64,000 bases of DNA from sequence record SRR31156797_5435. One strand, 5' to 3'. Position numbers and translations under genes: made by a program. Under the pieces are notes generated by a model. That model worked only from the letters and a program-made list of their open reading frames with translations, did not search any database and was not told the origin of the DNA. Below are positions 10,751-22,768 of this stretch, piece after piece; within the stretch, counting starts at the first letter, position 1, and each line of letters begins with the position of its first letter.

Positions 10751-12286
10751 TTAGTGTTTAAAATGACGAACACCAGTAAAGACCATCGCCACACCGTATT
10801 TATCTGCCATGTCGATCGACTCTTGATCTTTGATACTGCCACCAGGTTGAATAATCGCTTTGATTCCTTGTTGCGATGCATATTCAACACTGTCATCCAT
10901 TGGGAAAAAGGCGTCGCTTGCCAGCACTGAACCGGCCAATTTATTGTTTTCACGGGCTTGTTCGACGGCGATTTTCACCGAACCCACGCGGTTCATTTGA
11001 CCAGCGCCGATCCCGACGGTTTGCTGTTGATTGGCTAAAACGATGGCATTAGATTTCACGTGTTTCACCGCTTTCCAAGCAAATGCCAAAGCTGCGATTT
11101 CTTCTGGTGTCGGCTTTCTCTTTGTCACCACGGTCCAATCTTCTGGTGTTTCCATTTGATCATCTGGTTCTTGCACCAATAAGCCCCCAAGGACAGAGAC
11201 AACTTCTGGCTGTTTGACTGCTTTTTCGAAATCAACAACCAGCAGGCGCAGATTTTTTTTCTTCGTTAAGATTTCTAGTGCTTCTTCTTCAAATGCAGGT
11301 GCAATGATGATCTCAAGAAAAATCCGCTGCAGTTGCTCCGCAGTTGCCACATCAACTGGACGATTCAAAACAATGATCCCGCCAAAAATCGACACTGGGT
11401 CTGCTTCGTAAGCTTCTTGGAAAGCTTCAGCAATCGTTTCTCCACTTCCGATTCCACATGGATTCATGTGCTTGAGGGCTACCGCAGTCGGCTCTGTAAA
11501 TTCTTCTGCAATCCGCAAGGCAGCATCAGCATCTTTAATGTTGTTGTAAGACAATTCTTTGCCGTGGATTTGTTTTGCGCTGGCAATCGAATAGGGCACG
11601 GGTAATGCATCTTGATAGAAGGAAGCTTTCTGATGACTATTTTCACCATAACGCAATGTTTGTTTCAAAACATAGGTTTTCGTCAAGGTCTCTGTTTCTG
11701 TATCAGCCACCGCTTTGGTCAAGTATTCACCAATCAAGGCATCGTAAGCGGCGGTATGGCGGAAGACTTTGGCAGCTAATTTCTTTCTTGATGCCAACGT
11801 CGTATTGCCTTCCTTCAGCTCAGTTAAAACCCAGTCGTAATCCTCGGGATCAACGACAACAGTTACTGAGGCATGATTTTTCGCCGCAGAACGTAGCATG
11901 CTTGGTCCGCCGATGTCGATATTTTCGATTGCGTCGGCTTCTGTGACGTCAAGCTTACTGATGGTTTCTTTAAATGGATAAAGATTGACGACAACAAGGT
12001 CGATCGGTAAAATGCCATGCTCAGCCATTGCCTCCATATGAGAAGGCAGATCACGCCGTCCTAACAGACCACCATGCACCCGTGGATGTAGCGTCTTGAC
12101 CCTACCATCCATCATTTCAGGAAATTCTGTGACCGCTTCGATGCCGATCGGTTGAAGTCCCGCTTGTTCCAAGGCCGTTTTTGTCCCGCCAGTTGAGATA
12201 ATCTCAAATCCTAAATTGGTCAATTCTTGGACAAATGGTACGAGTCCTTCTTTGTCAGACACACTGATTAATGCACGTTTATTCAC
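10751..12286 (-). CDS. purH: AICAR transformylase/IMP cyclohydrolase
   Basis: [34 protein letters not shown]. Confidence 0.97.
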   Translation of the reverse strand: MNKRALISVSDKEGLVPFVQELTNLGFEIISTGGTKTALEQAGLQPIGIEAVTEFPEMMDGRVKTLHPRVHGGLLGRRDLPSHMEAMAEHGILPIDLVVVNLYPFKETISKLDVTEADAIENIDIGGPSMLRSAAKNHASVTVVVDPEDYDWVLTELKEGNTTLASRKKLAAKVFRHTAAYDALIGEYLTKAVADTETETLTKTYVLKQTLRYGENSHQKASFYQDALPVPYSIASAKQIHGKELSYNNIKDADAALRIAEEFTEPTAVALKHMNPCGIGSGETIAEAFQEAYEADPVSIFGGIIVLNRPVDVATAEQLQRIFLEIIIAPAFEEEALEILTKKKNLRLLVVDFEKAVKQPEVVSVLGGLLVQEPDDQMETPEDWTVVTKRKPTPEEIAALAFAWKAVKHVKSNAIVLANQQQTVGIGAGQMNRVGSVKIAVEQARENNKLAGSVLASDAFFPMDDSVEYASQQGIKAIIQPGGSIKDQESIDMADKYGVAMVFTGVRHFKH

Positions 12287-12863
12287 GATTCGATAGCCCC
12301 TTTTCCACGATTTCAGCTAAAACAGCTGGATAGATTTGATGTTCTACTTGATGAATTTTTTCTGTCACATTTGCTAATGTATCGTCGGTGTCGATCCGAA
12401 CGATTTCTTGGGCAATGATTGGCCCTGTGTCAATGCCGGCATCGACATAATGAACCGTCACTCCCGTCAATTTCACGCCGTAAGCGAAGGCATCGGCGAT
12501 CCCAGATTTACCTGGGAAACTCGGCAACAAGGAGGGATGGATATTGATGACTCTGCCTTCATAAGCGGATAATAGAGTGTTGCCGATGATTCGCATATAC
12601 CCTGCTAAAACAATAAAATCGATGGCATGATCCTGCAATTCTTCGATCAATTTATTTTCAAAGGCTGCTTTTGATGCAAATGCCGCTGGCTCTATGACAA
12701 GCGTTTCATAGTCTCTCGCGCGGGCTTTTTCTATTACTGGCGCTGTAGGTTTATCGGAAAAGACCAACCCGATCTGCGCTCCTTTGATTTTATTTGCTTG
12801 GATCGCATCGGCGATTGCTGTAAAATTGCTGCCCGTTCCAGAAGCAAAGACGGCGATCCTCAT
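12279..12863 (-). CDS. purN: Phosphoribosylglycinamide formyltransferase
   Basis: [26 protein letters not shown] overlap with the purM stop. Confidence 0.96.
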   Translation of the reverse strand: MRIAVFASGTGSNFTAIADAIQANKIKGAQIGLVFSDKPTAPVIEKARARDYETLVIEPAAFASKAAFENKLIEELQDHAIDFIVLAGYMRIIGNTLLSAYEGRVINIHPSLLPSFPGKSGIADAFAYGVKLTGVTVHYVDAGIDTGPIIAQEIVRIDTDDTLANVTEKIHQVEHQIYPAVLAEIVEKGLSNRE

Positions 12864-13906
12864 CGGACTGCCTCTTTGAAGCAAACGGCTTCGTTGTTAC
12901 GTTTGGTCACTTTACCGATCCGGTATGCTTGTTCTTCATTGGCGGATAGAAGTGCCATCACAGCCGCAACATTTTCTGGCGCAACGGCTAAGACCATACC
13001 GATACCCATATTGAAAATCTCGAACATTTCTTGATGAGGAATCGCGCCATGAGTAGCGATCATATCAAATATTGGCAACTGCGGCCAAGTGTCTAAGGCG
13101 ATTTCTGCCGCAAGTCCTTCAGGCAGCATCCGTGGGATATTTTCAACAAAGCCGCCACCAGTGATATGAGAAATTCCAGCTAACAATCCTTCTGTCAATA
13201 AAGGTTTCAGTGCATCAACGTAAATTCTCGTTGGCGTCAATAAACTTTCTGCAAGCGTTTGGTTGCCAAGTTCCGCAAACGTTTCTGCTCCTGTATAGCC
13301 ATGCTGTTCAAAAAAGATTTTTCTGACTAAAGAGTACCCATTGGAATGAATGCCTGAAGAAGGCAAACCAATCAGCTCATCGCCTTCTTTAATGGTTTCT
13401 CCAGTGATCAAGCGACTTTTTTCGACGATCCCTACGGCGAAACCAGCAAGATCATATTCTTCCGGCTGATACATCCCCGGCATCTCAGCGGTTTCTCCAC
13501 CAATTAGGGCAGCACCCGCTTGCACACAGCCCTCTGCGACACCAGCAATGATTTGTTCGATCTTTGCCGGATCGTTTTTACCAACTGCAACATAGTCAAG
13601 GAAGTAGATAGGTTCTGCCCCTTGAGCGACGATATCATTCACGCACATCGCGACGCAATCAATGCCGATCGTTGTGTGCTGTTCTTGTTGGATCGCCAAC
13701 AAAAGCTTGGTTCCTACACCATCAGTCCCAGAAACGAGTACCGGTTCTTTCAATTGGTACGATGATAAGTCAAAACAGCCGCCAAAGCCCCCGATTGCCC
13801 CCATCACGCCTAGTCGTTCTGTTCGTTTCACATGCTTTTTGATCCGTTCGACTACTTCATAACCGGCTTCGACATCGACACCGGCTTTTGCATATGCATT
13901 TGCCAC
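12860..13906 (-). CDS. purM: AIR synthetase
   Basis: [28 protein letters not shown]. Confidence 0.97.
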   Translation of the reverse strand: MANAYAKAGVDVEAGYEVVERIKKHVKRTERLGVMGAIGGFGGCFDLSSYQLKEPVLVSGTDGVGTKLLLAIQQEQHTTIGIDCVAMCVNDIVAQGAEPIYFLDYVAVGKNDPAKIEQIIAGVAEGCVQAGAALIGGETAEMPGMYQPEEYDLAGFAVGIVEKSRLITGETIKEGDELIGLPSSGIHSNGYSLVRKIFFEQHGYTGAETFAELGNQTLAESLLTPTRIYVDALKPLLTEGLLAGISHITGGGFVENIPRMLPEGLAAEIALDTWPQLPIFDMIATHGAIPHQEMFEIFNMGIGMVLAVAPENVAAVMALLSANEEQAYRIGKVTKRNNEAVCFKEAVR

Positions 13907-14021
13907 GTTCGTTCCTCCTCAATCATTCATCCGCTTTTCTTCATTCAGCTCATTCGTCGTTAACGCAAGTAAACCAGCGGTTCTTCACTGCTTCGTTTGA
14001 AAAACCATTTTTGCCTACAAT

Positions 14022-15446
14022 TTATTCAGCTAAAGACGCGAGATAGTTTTCTTCATAATCATACAAAGGGGTTGGATAATCGCCATTGAAATAGGCCATA
14101 CACAAACCTGAGTATGGTGCGTCAAAATCTAAACCGATCGCTTCGATCAACCCGTCTTCACTTAAAAAGGCCAAAGAATCTGCTTCGATTTTTTCACAAA
14201 TCTCAGCTTCCGTATATTTGGCTGCGATCAATTCTTTTCTCGTTTGAATGTCGATCCCGTAAAAACATGGATAGCGCAAAGGCGGCGAACCGATACGCAC
14301 ATGAACTTCTTTGGCACCTGCCTCTTTTAGCAGTTGCACGATACGGCGGCTGGTGGTTCCTCGGACGATCGAATCGTCGACTAGAATCACTCGTTTGCCT
14401 TCGACTACGCCACGAACAGCTGAGAGCTTCATTCGCACGCCTTGCTCTCTTAACTCCTGTGTCGGTTGAATAAACGTTCGTGCAATGTATTGATTTTTTA
14501 CTAAGCCCAATTCATAAGGAATACCTGAAGCTTCTGCGTACCCGCTGGCAGCAGATAAGGATGAATTCGGTACACCAATGACCATATCCGCTTCGATCGG
14601 CGCCTCTTGTGCCAAGCGACGGCCCATATTTTTACGGGCACGATGAACATTGACGCCAGCGATGTTGGAATCAGGACGGGCAAAATAAATAAACTCCATC
14701 GAACAAATCGCCGGTTGTACTTCTTGGGTATACTGCTCGATTTGAATGCCTGCATCATCAATGATCACGACTTCGCCCGGTCGGACATCACGAATAAATT
14801 CCGCACCGATGACTTCCAACGCACAGGTTTCTGAAGCCACCACATAAGCACCATTGACCATTTTCCCGATTGACAATGGCCGAAAGCCATTGGGGTCTAG
14901 TGCTGCGATCATGGCATTTTCCGTCAGTAAAAGGTACGCAAATCCACCTTTAACTTGATTTAATGCCTCCTTGACCCGATCCATAAAAAGCGGTTCTTCG
15001 CTGCGACGGATCAAGTGCATGAGAATCTCTGTATCGGAATTCGAGTGGAAAATCGCACCAGCCTCTTCTAATGATTTCCGTAGACTTTTCGCATTCGTCA
15101 AGTTGCCGTTATGTGCTAAGCCAATCTGCTGATCAAAAAATTTGAATAAAAATGGTTGAATATTATCAACGCTACCATTACCAGCAGTTGCGTAACGAAC
15201 GTGACCAATGGCAGCATCTCCTGTCAGACGCTGGAGGACACGTTCATCCGAAAACACTTCCGCTAGCAACCCTAAATCACGGTGACCATTGAGTTTTCCC
15301 GCATCATTCGTGACGATCCCAGCACCTTCTTGGCCGCGATGTTGCAAACTGTGTAGTCCGAAGTAGGTGACACGAGCGGCATCTGGATGACCCCAAACAC
15401 CAAAAACCCCACATTCCTCGTTGAGGCTCTTTACTTCATTAAACAT
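14022..15446 (-). CDS. purF: Amidophosphoribosyltransferase
   Basis: Propeptide followed by [22 protein letters not shown]. Confidence 0.97.
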   Translation of the reverse strand: MFNEVKSLNEECGVFGVWGHPDAARVTYFGLHSLQHRGQEGAGIVTNDAGKLNGHRDLGLLAEVFSDERVLQRLTGDAAIGHVRYATAGNGSVDNIQPFLFKFFDQQIGLAHNGNLTNAKSLRKSLEEAGAIFHSNSDTEILMHLIRRSEEPLFMDRVKEALNQVKGGFAYLLLTENAMIAALDPNGFRPLSIGKMVNGAYVVASETCALEVIGAEFIRDVRPGEVVIIDDAGIQIEQYTQEVQPAICSMEFIYFARPDSNIAGVNVHRARKNMGRRLAQEAPIEADMVIGVPNSSLSAASGYAEASGIPYELGLVKNQYIARTFIQPTQELREQGVRMKLSAVRGVVEGKRVILVDDSIVRGTTSRRIVQLLKEAGAKEVHVRIGSPPLRYPCFYGIDIQTRKELIAAKYTEAEICEKIEADSLAFLSEDGLIEAIGLDFDAPYSGLCMAYFNGDYPTPLYDYEENYLASLAE

Positions 15447-17659
15447 GGAATGGTTTCCTCCCATTTCAATTTCGCCTCAGTAAGGGGCATCTCGATCGTA
15501 TCATCTTGTGCTTGCATGCGAATCTGGCCATCAGCAGTCACTTCCCCGATCGCTATTGCAGCAGCACCTACCAGTGCTTCAAAAGCTGCTTGCTTATCAG
15601 GTGCGACTGAAAGCACAAAACGGGATTGGGTTTCTGAAAACAATTGTGCTGCTGGCAATGACACGGTCACATTTAGACCAAAGCCCTTGTCAAAAGCGGA
15701 TTCGGCTAAAGCGATCGCTAAACCACCTTCGGCACAGTCGTGGGCACTTTGAACAAGACCTGCTTGGATCGCTGCGGTAACCAAATGTTGGTTCGTTTTT
15801 TCTGTTTCAAGATCAAAGGACATTAAACGCCCAGCGATCTTTCCTGTCTGCAGTTTTTGCAATTCAGACCCATTGAAATCAGCATGGGTTTCCCCTAGGA
15901 CATAGATCACATCCCCTGCTGCTTGGAAATGCTGCGTCGTGATATGCGCCAGCTCTTCGATCAATCCGACCATCCCAATTACAGGCGTTGGATAGACCGA
16001 TTGTCCGTCCGTTTCGTTATATAAGGAGACGTTCCCGGAGATTACTGGTGTCTCTAGTACACGACAAGCTTCTGAGATCCCGTCAGCAGCCGTAGATAAC
16101 TCCCAGAATCCTTCTGGTTTATCTGGCGAGCCGAAGTTAAGGCAGTCAGTGATCGCCAATGGACGCCCACCGGAAGCGACGATATTTCGAGCAGCTTCTG
16201 CAACTGCGATCTGTCCGCCGACTTCAGGATCTAAGTAAAGGTAACGAGCATTACAGTCAGTCGTCATCGCCAAGGCTTTATTGGTTCCCTTGATTCGTAA
16301 AACGGCCGCATCACTGCCGGGTCCTACCACGGTATTGGTACGAACTTGCGAATCGTAGGTTTCAAAAATCGAGCGTTTCGAAGCGATCGTCGGCTGCTGC
16401 AGCAGATCCGCAAATACAGACGTTGCTGAATGAATCACTGGAACAAAGTCCGGTGTTTCCTTAAACACTTTGATCCGTGCTGGTTCTGCCATCTCTTTGT
16501 AGTAAGTCGGTGCATCTTCAGCTAAAGCATCCACTGGTAAATTAGCGACTTCCTGTCCATGATGGAACAAACGATAGTTGCCATCATCCGTCACTTCACC
16601 GATCACGACTGCTTCTAGATCGTATTTCTTAAAGAGGGCTTCCACTTCAGCTTCATGCCCTTTTTTGACACAGATCAGCATCCGCTCTTGGGATTCTGAC
16701 AACATCATTTCATAAGGCGTCATATTGGTTTCTCGTTGTGGAACATCATCTAATGTTAAGCGCAAACCTGATCCGGCTTTTGATGCCATCTCGGCACTAG
16801 AAGAAACCAATCCAGCAGCACCCATATCTTGAATTCCGACTAAAATGTCCGAATGATCCACGATCAATTCCAAACAAGCTTCCAACAAAAGTTTTTCCAT
16901 AAAAGGATCACCGACTTGTACGGCGGAACGTTGTTGTTCTTCTCCTTCGACAAATTCTTCCGATGCAAAAGTCGCCCCGTGTATCCCGTCGCGTCCTGTT
17001 TTTGCGCCGACATACATGATGGTGTTTCCAACACCTTTGGCTTGCCCTTTTTGAATATCCTTGTGGGCAATGATCCCTACACACATGGCATTGACTAATG
17101 GATTGCCTTCATAACAAGGATCAAATGCCACTTCACCACCGACGGTCGGAATCCCGATACAGTTGCCATAGCCACTGATCCCAGCAACGACTTCTTCCAA
17201 AAGATATTTCGTTCTTGGATTATCTAACTCACCAAATCGTAAGGAGTCTAAAACAGCAATCGGTCTTGCTCCCATACTGAAGATGTCGCGGATAATCCCA
17301 CCAACACCAGTTGCTGCTCCTTCATAAGGTTCCACCGCAGAAGGATGATTATGGCTTTCCGCTTTAAATACGACGGCTAGATCATCGCCGATATCCACGA
17401 TACCCGCACCTTCTCCCGGACCTTGCAGTACTTGCGGCCCATCTGTCGGGAATTTCCGCAAAACAGGTTTGGAATTTTTGTAAGAACAATGTTCACTCCA
17501 CATCACTGAAAAGAGTCCAGTTTCGGTATAGTTTGGTAAACGTCCCAAAATATCTTCTGAGATCATCCGATATTCTTCTTGGGTCAATCCCCATTGCTCG
17601 TATAATTTCGTGTCTTTGATTTCTTGTGGTGTAGGTTCTTTTACGATCATTTTATCCAT
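15431..17659 (-). CDS. purL: FGAM synthase subunit PurL
   Basis: [30 protein letters not shown]. Confidence 0.97.
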   Translation of the reverse strand: MDKMIVKEPTPQEIKDTKLYEQWGLTQEEYRMISEDILGRLPNYTETGLFSVMWSEHCSYKNSKPVLRKFPTDGPQVLQGPGEGAGIVDIGDDLAVVFKAESHNHPSAVEPYEGAATGVGGIIRDIFSMGARPIAVLDSLRFGELDNPRTKYLLEEVVAGISGYGNCIGIPTVGGEVAFDPCYEGNPLVNAMCVGIIAHKDIQKGQAKGVGNTIMYVGAKTGRDGIHGATFASEEFVEGEEQQRSAVQVGDPFMEKLLLEACLELIVDHSDILVGIQDMGAAGLVSSSAEMASKAGSGLRLTLDDVPQRETNMTPYEMMLSESQERMLICVKKGHEAEVEALFKKYDLEAVVIGEVTDDGNYRLFHHGQEVANLPVDALAEDAPTYYKEMAEPARIKVFKETPDFVPVIHSATSVFADLLQQPTIASKRSIFETYDSQVRTNTVVGPGSDAAVLRIKGTNKALAMTTDCNARYLYLDPEVGGQIAVAEAARNIVASGGRPLAITDCLNFGSPDKPEGFWELSTAADGISEACRVLETPVISGNVSLYNETDGQSVYPTPVIGMVGLIEELAHITTQHFQAAGDVIYVLGETHADFNGSELQKLQTGKIAGRLMSFDLETEKTNQHLVTAAIQAGLVQSAHDCAEGGLAIALAESAFDKGFGLNVTVSLPAAQLFSETQSRFVLSVAPDKQAAFEALVGAAAIAIGEVTADGQIRMQAQDDTIEMPLTEAKLKWEETIPCLMK

Positions 17660-18329
17660 TTACCGGCACCTTCCCAAAATTTTTCAATAATGAAGCAAAA
17701 AACTTCTTGCCATCTTCTGAGCCTAATAAACTTTCCATCGCTCGTTCTGGATGAGGCATCATGCCTAGGACATTGCCTGCTTTGTTGCAGATACCAGCGA
17801 TATTGTGTAGACTGCCGTTGACGTTATCTTCATAACGGAAAACGATTTGATTGTTGGCAACCAATTCCTGATAAGTCGTTTCATCACAATAATAATTGCC
17901 CTCACCATGAGCGACAGGAAGCGTAATGACTTGATCCGTTTCATATTCAGAAGTAAAAGCTGTTCGATTATTCACTTGCAGACGGACCGGCTTGCAAATA
18001 AAATGCAATGATTCATTTCTTTGTAAAACCCCTGGTAACAAGCCCGCTTCCGTTAAAATTTGAAACCCATTGCAGGTACCAAAGACAGGTTTGCCTTCAT
18101 TTGCCAAACGAATGACCTCTGACATGATCGTAGAAAAACGGGCAATCGCTCCGCATCTTAAGTAATCACCATAAGAAAATCCTCCTGGAAGCAAAACACC
18201 GTCAAAACCGGCTAAGCTTTCTGCATCATGGCGCACATATTCTGCTTCTGCCCCCATGATATCTTTGATTGCCCACATCAAATCAACATCACAATTTGAT
18301 CCAGGAAAGACGATCACTGCAAATTTCAT
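17652..18329 (-). CDS. purQ: FGAM synthase glutaminase subunit
   Basis: [29 protein letters not shown]. Confidence 0.97.
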   Translation of the reverse strand: MKFAVIVFPGSNCDVDLMWAIKDIMGAEAEYVRHDAESLAGFDGVLLPGGFSYGDYLRCGAIARFSTIMSEVIRLANEGKPVFGTCNGFQILTEAGLLPGVLQRNESLHFICKPVRLQVNNRTAFTSEYETDQVITLPVAHGEGNYYCDETTYQELVANNQIVFRYEDNVNGSLHNIAGICNKAGNVLGMMPHPERAMESLLGSEDGKKFFASLLKNFGKVPVNG

Positions 18330-18598
18330 AGGGCTGCTTCCTCCATTTGAACTATTTCATAACGGTAGGTTTCCATATTGACGTTTGCTAAAAGTTTGTC
18401 ACAGATCGCTTCAATCTCCTCTGCTACTGCTGCTTGTGTTTGATTGTTGGAAGGTGTCACTTTGATTTCAAAGTATTTCCCGATGCGAATATCACTGACA
18501 TCTTGATATCCTAAGCGATGAACAGCTCCTTTGACGGCTTCTCCTTGAGGGTCCAAAACAGATTCCTTATAAGTGACGTAAACTTTGACTAAATACAT
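18326..18598 (-). CDS. purS: FGAM synthase subunit PurS
   Basis: VLDPQG and LLAN motifs; lies between purC and purQ. Confidence 0.95.
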   Translation of the reverse strand: MYLVKVYVTYKESVLDPQGEAVKGAVHRLGYQDVSDIRIGKYFEIKVTPSNNQTQAAVAEEIEAICDKLLANVNMETYRYEIVQMEEAAL

Positions 18599-19314
18599 GT
18601 TGAATTCTCCTTTTCTAAACGATTTAAAACTTCTTCATAAACAGGAACGATGTCCCCTAAATCACGACGATAGACATCTTTATCAAGATGTTCATTTGTA
18701 CCCATATCCCATAAGCGGCAAGTATCTGGTGAGATCTCATCAGCCAGGAGCAACTCGCCCTTCTTGATTTTGCCGATCTCGATTTTAAAATCGATCAGTT
18801 GAATCTGGATACTTGCAAAGATTTCCAGTAACGCAGCGTTGACTTGTAGCGCCAGTTTTTTGATCTGGTCCAGTTCCTCTTTTGTGGCAAGACCCAGATA
18901 GAACACATGATCGTCATTGATAAACGGATCATCTAAGCGATCCTCTTTGTAGTAAAACTCCACGATCGGCTTTGGCAGTCTGGTTCCTTCTTCGATGCCC
19001 AAGCGCTTTGAAAAACTACCAGCAGCCGTATTGCGAACAACGACTTCTAAAGGAATCATGGTGACAGCTCGAATTAATTGTTCGTGTTTAGACACTAATT
19101 GAAGAAAGTGACTTGGGACATTTTTATCAGCTAAACGCTGAAAAAGATGCGCAGTGATCTGATTGTTTAGGGCACCCTTCCCTGCGACTGCATCTTTCTT
19201 TAAACCGTTCAGCGCAGTTGCTTGGTCCAGATAAAGGACTCTCAACACATCTTCTTCGTTGGTTTTAAACAATTTCTTGGCTTTTCCTTCATAAAGAAGC
19301 ACTTCTGATTCCAT
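18589..19314 (-). CDS. purC: SAICAR synthetase
   Basis: LYEGKAK, LADEISPDTCRLWD, DKDVYR. Confidence 0.97.
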   Translation of the reverse strand: MESEVLLYEGKAKKLFKTNEEDVLRVLYLDQATALNGLKKDAVAGKGALNNQITAHLFQRLADKNVPSHFLQLVSKHEQLIRAVTMIPLEVVVRNTAAGSFSKRLGIEEGTRLPKPIVEFYYKEDRLDDPFINDDHVFYLGLATKEELDQIKKLALQVNAALLEIFASIQIQLIDFKIEIGKIKKGELLLADEISPDTCRLWDMGTNEHLDKDVYRRDLGDIVPVYEEVLNRLEKENSTCI

Positions 19315-19376
19315 ATTCCACCTCAGTTAAGTATTATTTTTCACATAGCGATGACACACATCTTTATTTGGTTATT

Positions 19377-19452
19377 ATTCTAACAACGCTGAAAAAGCGG
19401 GTCAACGATTATCTGTACATTTATACATTAATAAACACGAATGTTCGTTTTT
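19377..19452 (-). promoter_or_regulatory. purC promoter with PurR PurBox
   Basis: TTGACC-17-TAGAAT with extended TG (19377-19405); GTAC-N24-GTTC (19415-19446), minus-strand AAAAACGAACATT. Confidence 0.7.
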
Positions 19453-19576
19453 TACCCTATCAAACAAGTTTACCTCTCCCGTTTGACTGGCGAAGGGTTT
19501 TATAAAGCGTTTACAACATTCTATTTTCATGCTATATTTAGGTCGTATTGTAGCTACATTCAAGGAGGAGTACTAT

Positions 19577-19963
19577 ATGTGGTCGCTAAAGAATCGTGCT
19601 GAACTTTTTTTAGCTCATTTAACAGACAAAGAAAAACAACAGCTCCATAACGAATTATTGGCCGTGCAGCAAATCCTTTCCATTAACCAACAAACGAGTT
19701 TCTATGTATTCAGTCCCTTCAAAAAAGGGGCACGTCCTCACTATGCAGAAGAACAAAAAAGAGTTCTACAATTTCAAAATGGCCGCAATGACGAATTGAT
19801 CATTCACCAGATACATCGTCAAAGCTTATTTAAACATACGTATTCTTTCCGTATTTATTTTAATTTAGAAGAAACGGACTTTTCTTTTTTAGACGATCTT
19901 TTGCATCTTTTGAAGGAACAAAGTCAAGCCCCTACCTTTAACTTAAGTCACGCTACGCACTGA
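19577..19963 (+). CDS. Hypothetical protein (~128 aa)
   Basis: AAGGAGG RBS before MWSLKN; followed by a terminator hairpin at ~20000-20030. Confidence 0.7.
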   Translation: MWSLKNRAELFLAHLTDKEKQQLHNELLAVQQILSINQQTSFYVFSPFKKGARPHYAEEQKRVLQFQNGRNDELIIHQIHRQSLFKHTYSFRIYFNLEETDFSFLDDLLHLLKEQSQAPTFNLSHATH

Positions 19964-20064
19964 CGGGTAATCACTAAATAAAAATAAGATAAAATAAACA
20001 AAAGCCCGAAATTTTACGGGCTTTTTTTGTTATACTGTTTTCAGACAAAAGAAAGGACACGATT

Positions 20065-20670
20065 ATGCTATTTACAAAACAGTCATTTGATGCTTTTGCT
20101 TTAGAAACATTAGAAGAAAGAATGGAAAAAATCCGTTCAGAGATCCAGCCGGTTTTCCAAACCATCGGCGAGGCAGCGATCCCATTATTTGAAGAAAGCT
20201 GTCAAGACCCTTTTTATTTGCATATCGCACAGCATCGGCGTAGAACCGTCTACCCTCCTGCCGAAACGTGGGCGGGGATCGGCCCTAACAAGCGTGGTTA
20301 TAAAATGGATGCCCACTTTCAAATTGGAATCAATCAAGCGTATGTCTTTGTTTGGCTCAGTGTGATCGATCAACCGAAAAATCAAGCAACGATCGCGGAA
20401 TCTTGGCTGGCTCAAAAAGAATTATTTGATCACTTGCCAGCAGACTTTACGCTATCTCCTGATCATACCAAATACGATCACTTCCCTATCGCTATGTGGC
20501 CAACCTACTTAGAACGATTACAGAAAGTCAAAAAAAGTGAACTTCAAATTGGCAAGATCTTTCCAAAAGAAATGATCGAAGAAGTTGAGATGGCGGATAT
20601 TTTAGCAGTTTATCAAACGCTGTTGCCGCTTTATCACGCCCGTTTGTCGGCACTAAAGGAGGAACAATAA
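20065..20670 (+). CDS. DUF1054/YktB-family protein
   Basis: HIAQHRRRTVYPP.ETW...KRGYK..HFQIG resembles YktB. Confidence 0.8.
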   Translation: MLFTKQSFDAFALETLEERMEKIRSEIQPVFQTIGEAAIPLFEESCQDPFYLHIAQHRRRTVYPPAETWAGIGPNKRGYKMDAHFQIGINQAYVFVWLSVIDQPKNQATIAESWLAQKELFDHLPADFTLSPDHTKYDHFPIAMWPTYLERLQKVKKSELQIGKIFPKEMIEEVEMADILAVYQTLLPLYHARLSALKEEQ

Positions 20671-20671
20671 T

Positions 20672-22720
20672 ATGTCAGAAAATCGGCGGTCTCGCAACGA
20701 AAAACCAGCGAAAAAACCTAAGCGTTTCGTCTGGCTGGCACTACCTGCCGCCTTATTAGTACTTGGTGGCGGTTATTATGGCTATACGGTCTATCAAAAT
20801 CGGCAAGAAGAAGCAGCAGCAAAAAAAGTCCTCAATTCCTTTATCGATGCTATATCTGATCAGAAGTACAGCGATCTATCTGCTTTACTGACCGAAGAAA
20901 GTTTGGAATCAAACGGCTTTACCGCAGACGAAGTCTCAGAAAAATACGAAGCGATTTTCACTGGTATCGGTGCCGAATCATTTAAAGCTTCAGGAATTGA
21001 GGTAACGCCCGATGATAAGGATTCCGATCAATTCAATTTCCAATACAACGGTTCCTTAACCACCTCGTTAGGTGAATTAACAGAGCTGTCTTATAGTGGC
21101 ACGATTACTCTGACTGATGACCAAGCCAAGATCGATTGGTCGCCTCAATTGATTTTTCCGGGAATGGAAGGACAAGACAAAATCAGTATCTCGGTAGATA
21201 ATGCCACACGCGGAGAAATCCTCGACCGAAATAATGAACCGCTAGCAGAAAATGGCACGCTCTATCAACTAGGCGTCATTCCGGGGCAGCTGGGTATGGG
21301 AGACGAAAAAACCGCCAATATCAAAGCAATCGCGGAACGTTTTGACCTAACAGAAGATGCGATCGATCAAGCATTGGCGCAATCGTGGGTCCAAGATGAG
21401 TTGTTCGTTCCCTTAAAGATTATCGAACCAACCGATGAAATGCCAACTGGAACAAGTTTAAAAGAAACGACGGGACGGACTTATCCTCTTGGAGAAGCCG
21501 CTGCCCAGTTGATTGGTTATCTAGGGAACGTGACTGCAGAAGATATCGAAAAGGATGAAACGCTAGCAAGCAACGGACAAATTGGTCGTAGTGGTCTGGA
21601 AGCTGCCTTTGACAAAGAGTTGCGGGGCGAAAATGGCGGAAAAATCGCCATCACAGATGAAGACGGTGCTGAAAAATCGGTTCTTTTAGAAAAAGAACGG
21701 GCAGATGGTAAAGATATCCAACTGACCATTGACGCACAAGCCCAAAAGACAGCTTTTGACGCCTTACAAAATCAGGCGGGGTCCACGGTCGTCACAGAAC
21801 CAAAAACCGGTGATCTGCTGGTATTAGCCAGCTCACCGAGTTATGATCCCAATAAAATGACCCAAGGGATCTCCCAAGAAGACTACGATGCGTATGAACA
21901 AAACGAAGACTTGCCTTTCATCAGCCGCTTTGCTACGGCCTATGCACCAGGTTCGACCTTTAAGACCATCACGGCAGCGATTGGCTTAGAAAATGGTACG
22001 ATCGACCCTACCCAAAGTATTGCGATCGATGGATTGAAGTGGCAAAAAGACAGCTCGTGGGGGGACTACTTTGTCACCAGAGTCAGCGACGTAGCTTCTG
22101 TCAATCTAAAAGATGCACTGGTTTACTCTGATAACATCTATATGGCACAACAAACCTTAGCTATGGGTGAAGATGCTTTTCGTAACGGTTTGTCGAAATT
22201 GATTTTTGGTGAAACGTTGGATTTACCGATTGCGATGAATCCTGCTCAAATTTCCAATGAAGACTCCTTCAACTCAGAGATTTTATTGGCAGATACCGGC
22301 TATGGACAAGGAGAACTGTTACTGAATCCCATTCAGCAAGCTGCTGCTTATTCGGTCTTTGCCAATCAAGGAAAACTGGTTTATCCTCGTTTATTGAAAG
22401 AGACAGAACAAAAGGACAAAGAAGTCTTTAAAGCAGAGACGATTGAGCAAATCAATCAAGATTTAACGGCGGTTGTCTCAGATGCCAACGGAACGGCACA
22501 CTCTTTGGCAGCGCTGAACATTCCACTAGCTGCCAAAACAGGAACTGCTGAAATCAAAGAAAAGCAAGATGAAAAAGGCCAAGAAAACAGCTTCTTATTC
22601 GCCTTCGATTCGCAAGATCAAGGATTTCTGATGGTTTCCATGTTAGAAGATCGCCAGGATAACCAATCAGCAACTGGTTTAGCACCTGATCTATTGACCT
22701 ACTTAGCTGAAAATTATTAA
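20672..22720 (+). CDS. pbp5: Class B low-affinity penicillin-binding protein (PBP5/PBP4 type, MecA-like N-terminal domain)
   Basis: N-terminal TM anchor; STFK, SDN and KTG motifs; ADTGYGQGE; resembles enterococcal PBP4/5. Confidence 0.88.
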   Translation: MSENRRSRNEKPAKKPKRFVWLALPAALLVLGGGYYGYTVYQNRQEEAAAKKVLNSFIDAISDQKYSDLSALLTEESLESNGFTADEVSEKYEAIFTGIGAESFKASGIEVTPDDKDSDQFNFQYNGSLTTSLGELTELSYSGTITLTDDQAKIDWSPQLIFPGMEGQDKISISVDNATRGEILDRNNEPLAENGTLYQLGVIPGQLGMGDEKTANIKAIAERFDLTEDAIDQALAQSWVQDELFVPLKIIEPTDEMPTGTSLKETTGRTYPLGEAAAQLIGYLGNVTAEDIEKDETLASNGQIGRSGLEAAFDKELRGENGGKIAITDEDGAEKSVLLEKERADGKDIQLTIDAQAQKTAFDALQNQAGSTVVTEPKTGDLLVLASSPSYDPNKMTQGISQEDYDAYEQNEDLPFISRFATAYAPGSTFKTITAAIGLENGTIDPTQSIAIDGLKWQKDSSWGDYFVTRVSDVASVNLKDALVYSDNIYMAQQTLAMGEDAFRNGLSKLIFGETLDLPIAMNPAQISNEDSFNSEILLADTGYGQGELLLNPIQQAAAYSVFANQGKLVYPRLLKETEQKDKEVFKAETIEQINQDLTAVVSDANGTAHSLAALNIPLAAKTGTAEIKEKQDEKGQENSFLFAFDSQDQGFLMVSMLEDRQDNQSATGLAPDLLTYLAENY

Positions 22721-22768
22721 AAAAGCCGCAACCTTAAGACGGATGTCTCAAGGTTGCGGCTTTTTTTA
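22719..22768. terminator. Bidirectional terminator between pbp and purB
   Basis: aaaagccgcaacctt...aaggttgcggctttt. Confidence 0.85.

Noticed and set aside
14090-14105. PurF has LCMAYF instead of the CxxC iron-sulfur ligand pair
   Set aside because: Variant familiar from lactic acid bacteria PurF; not specific to this window
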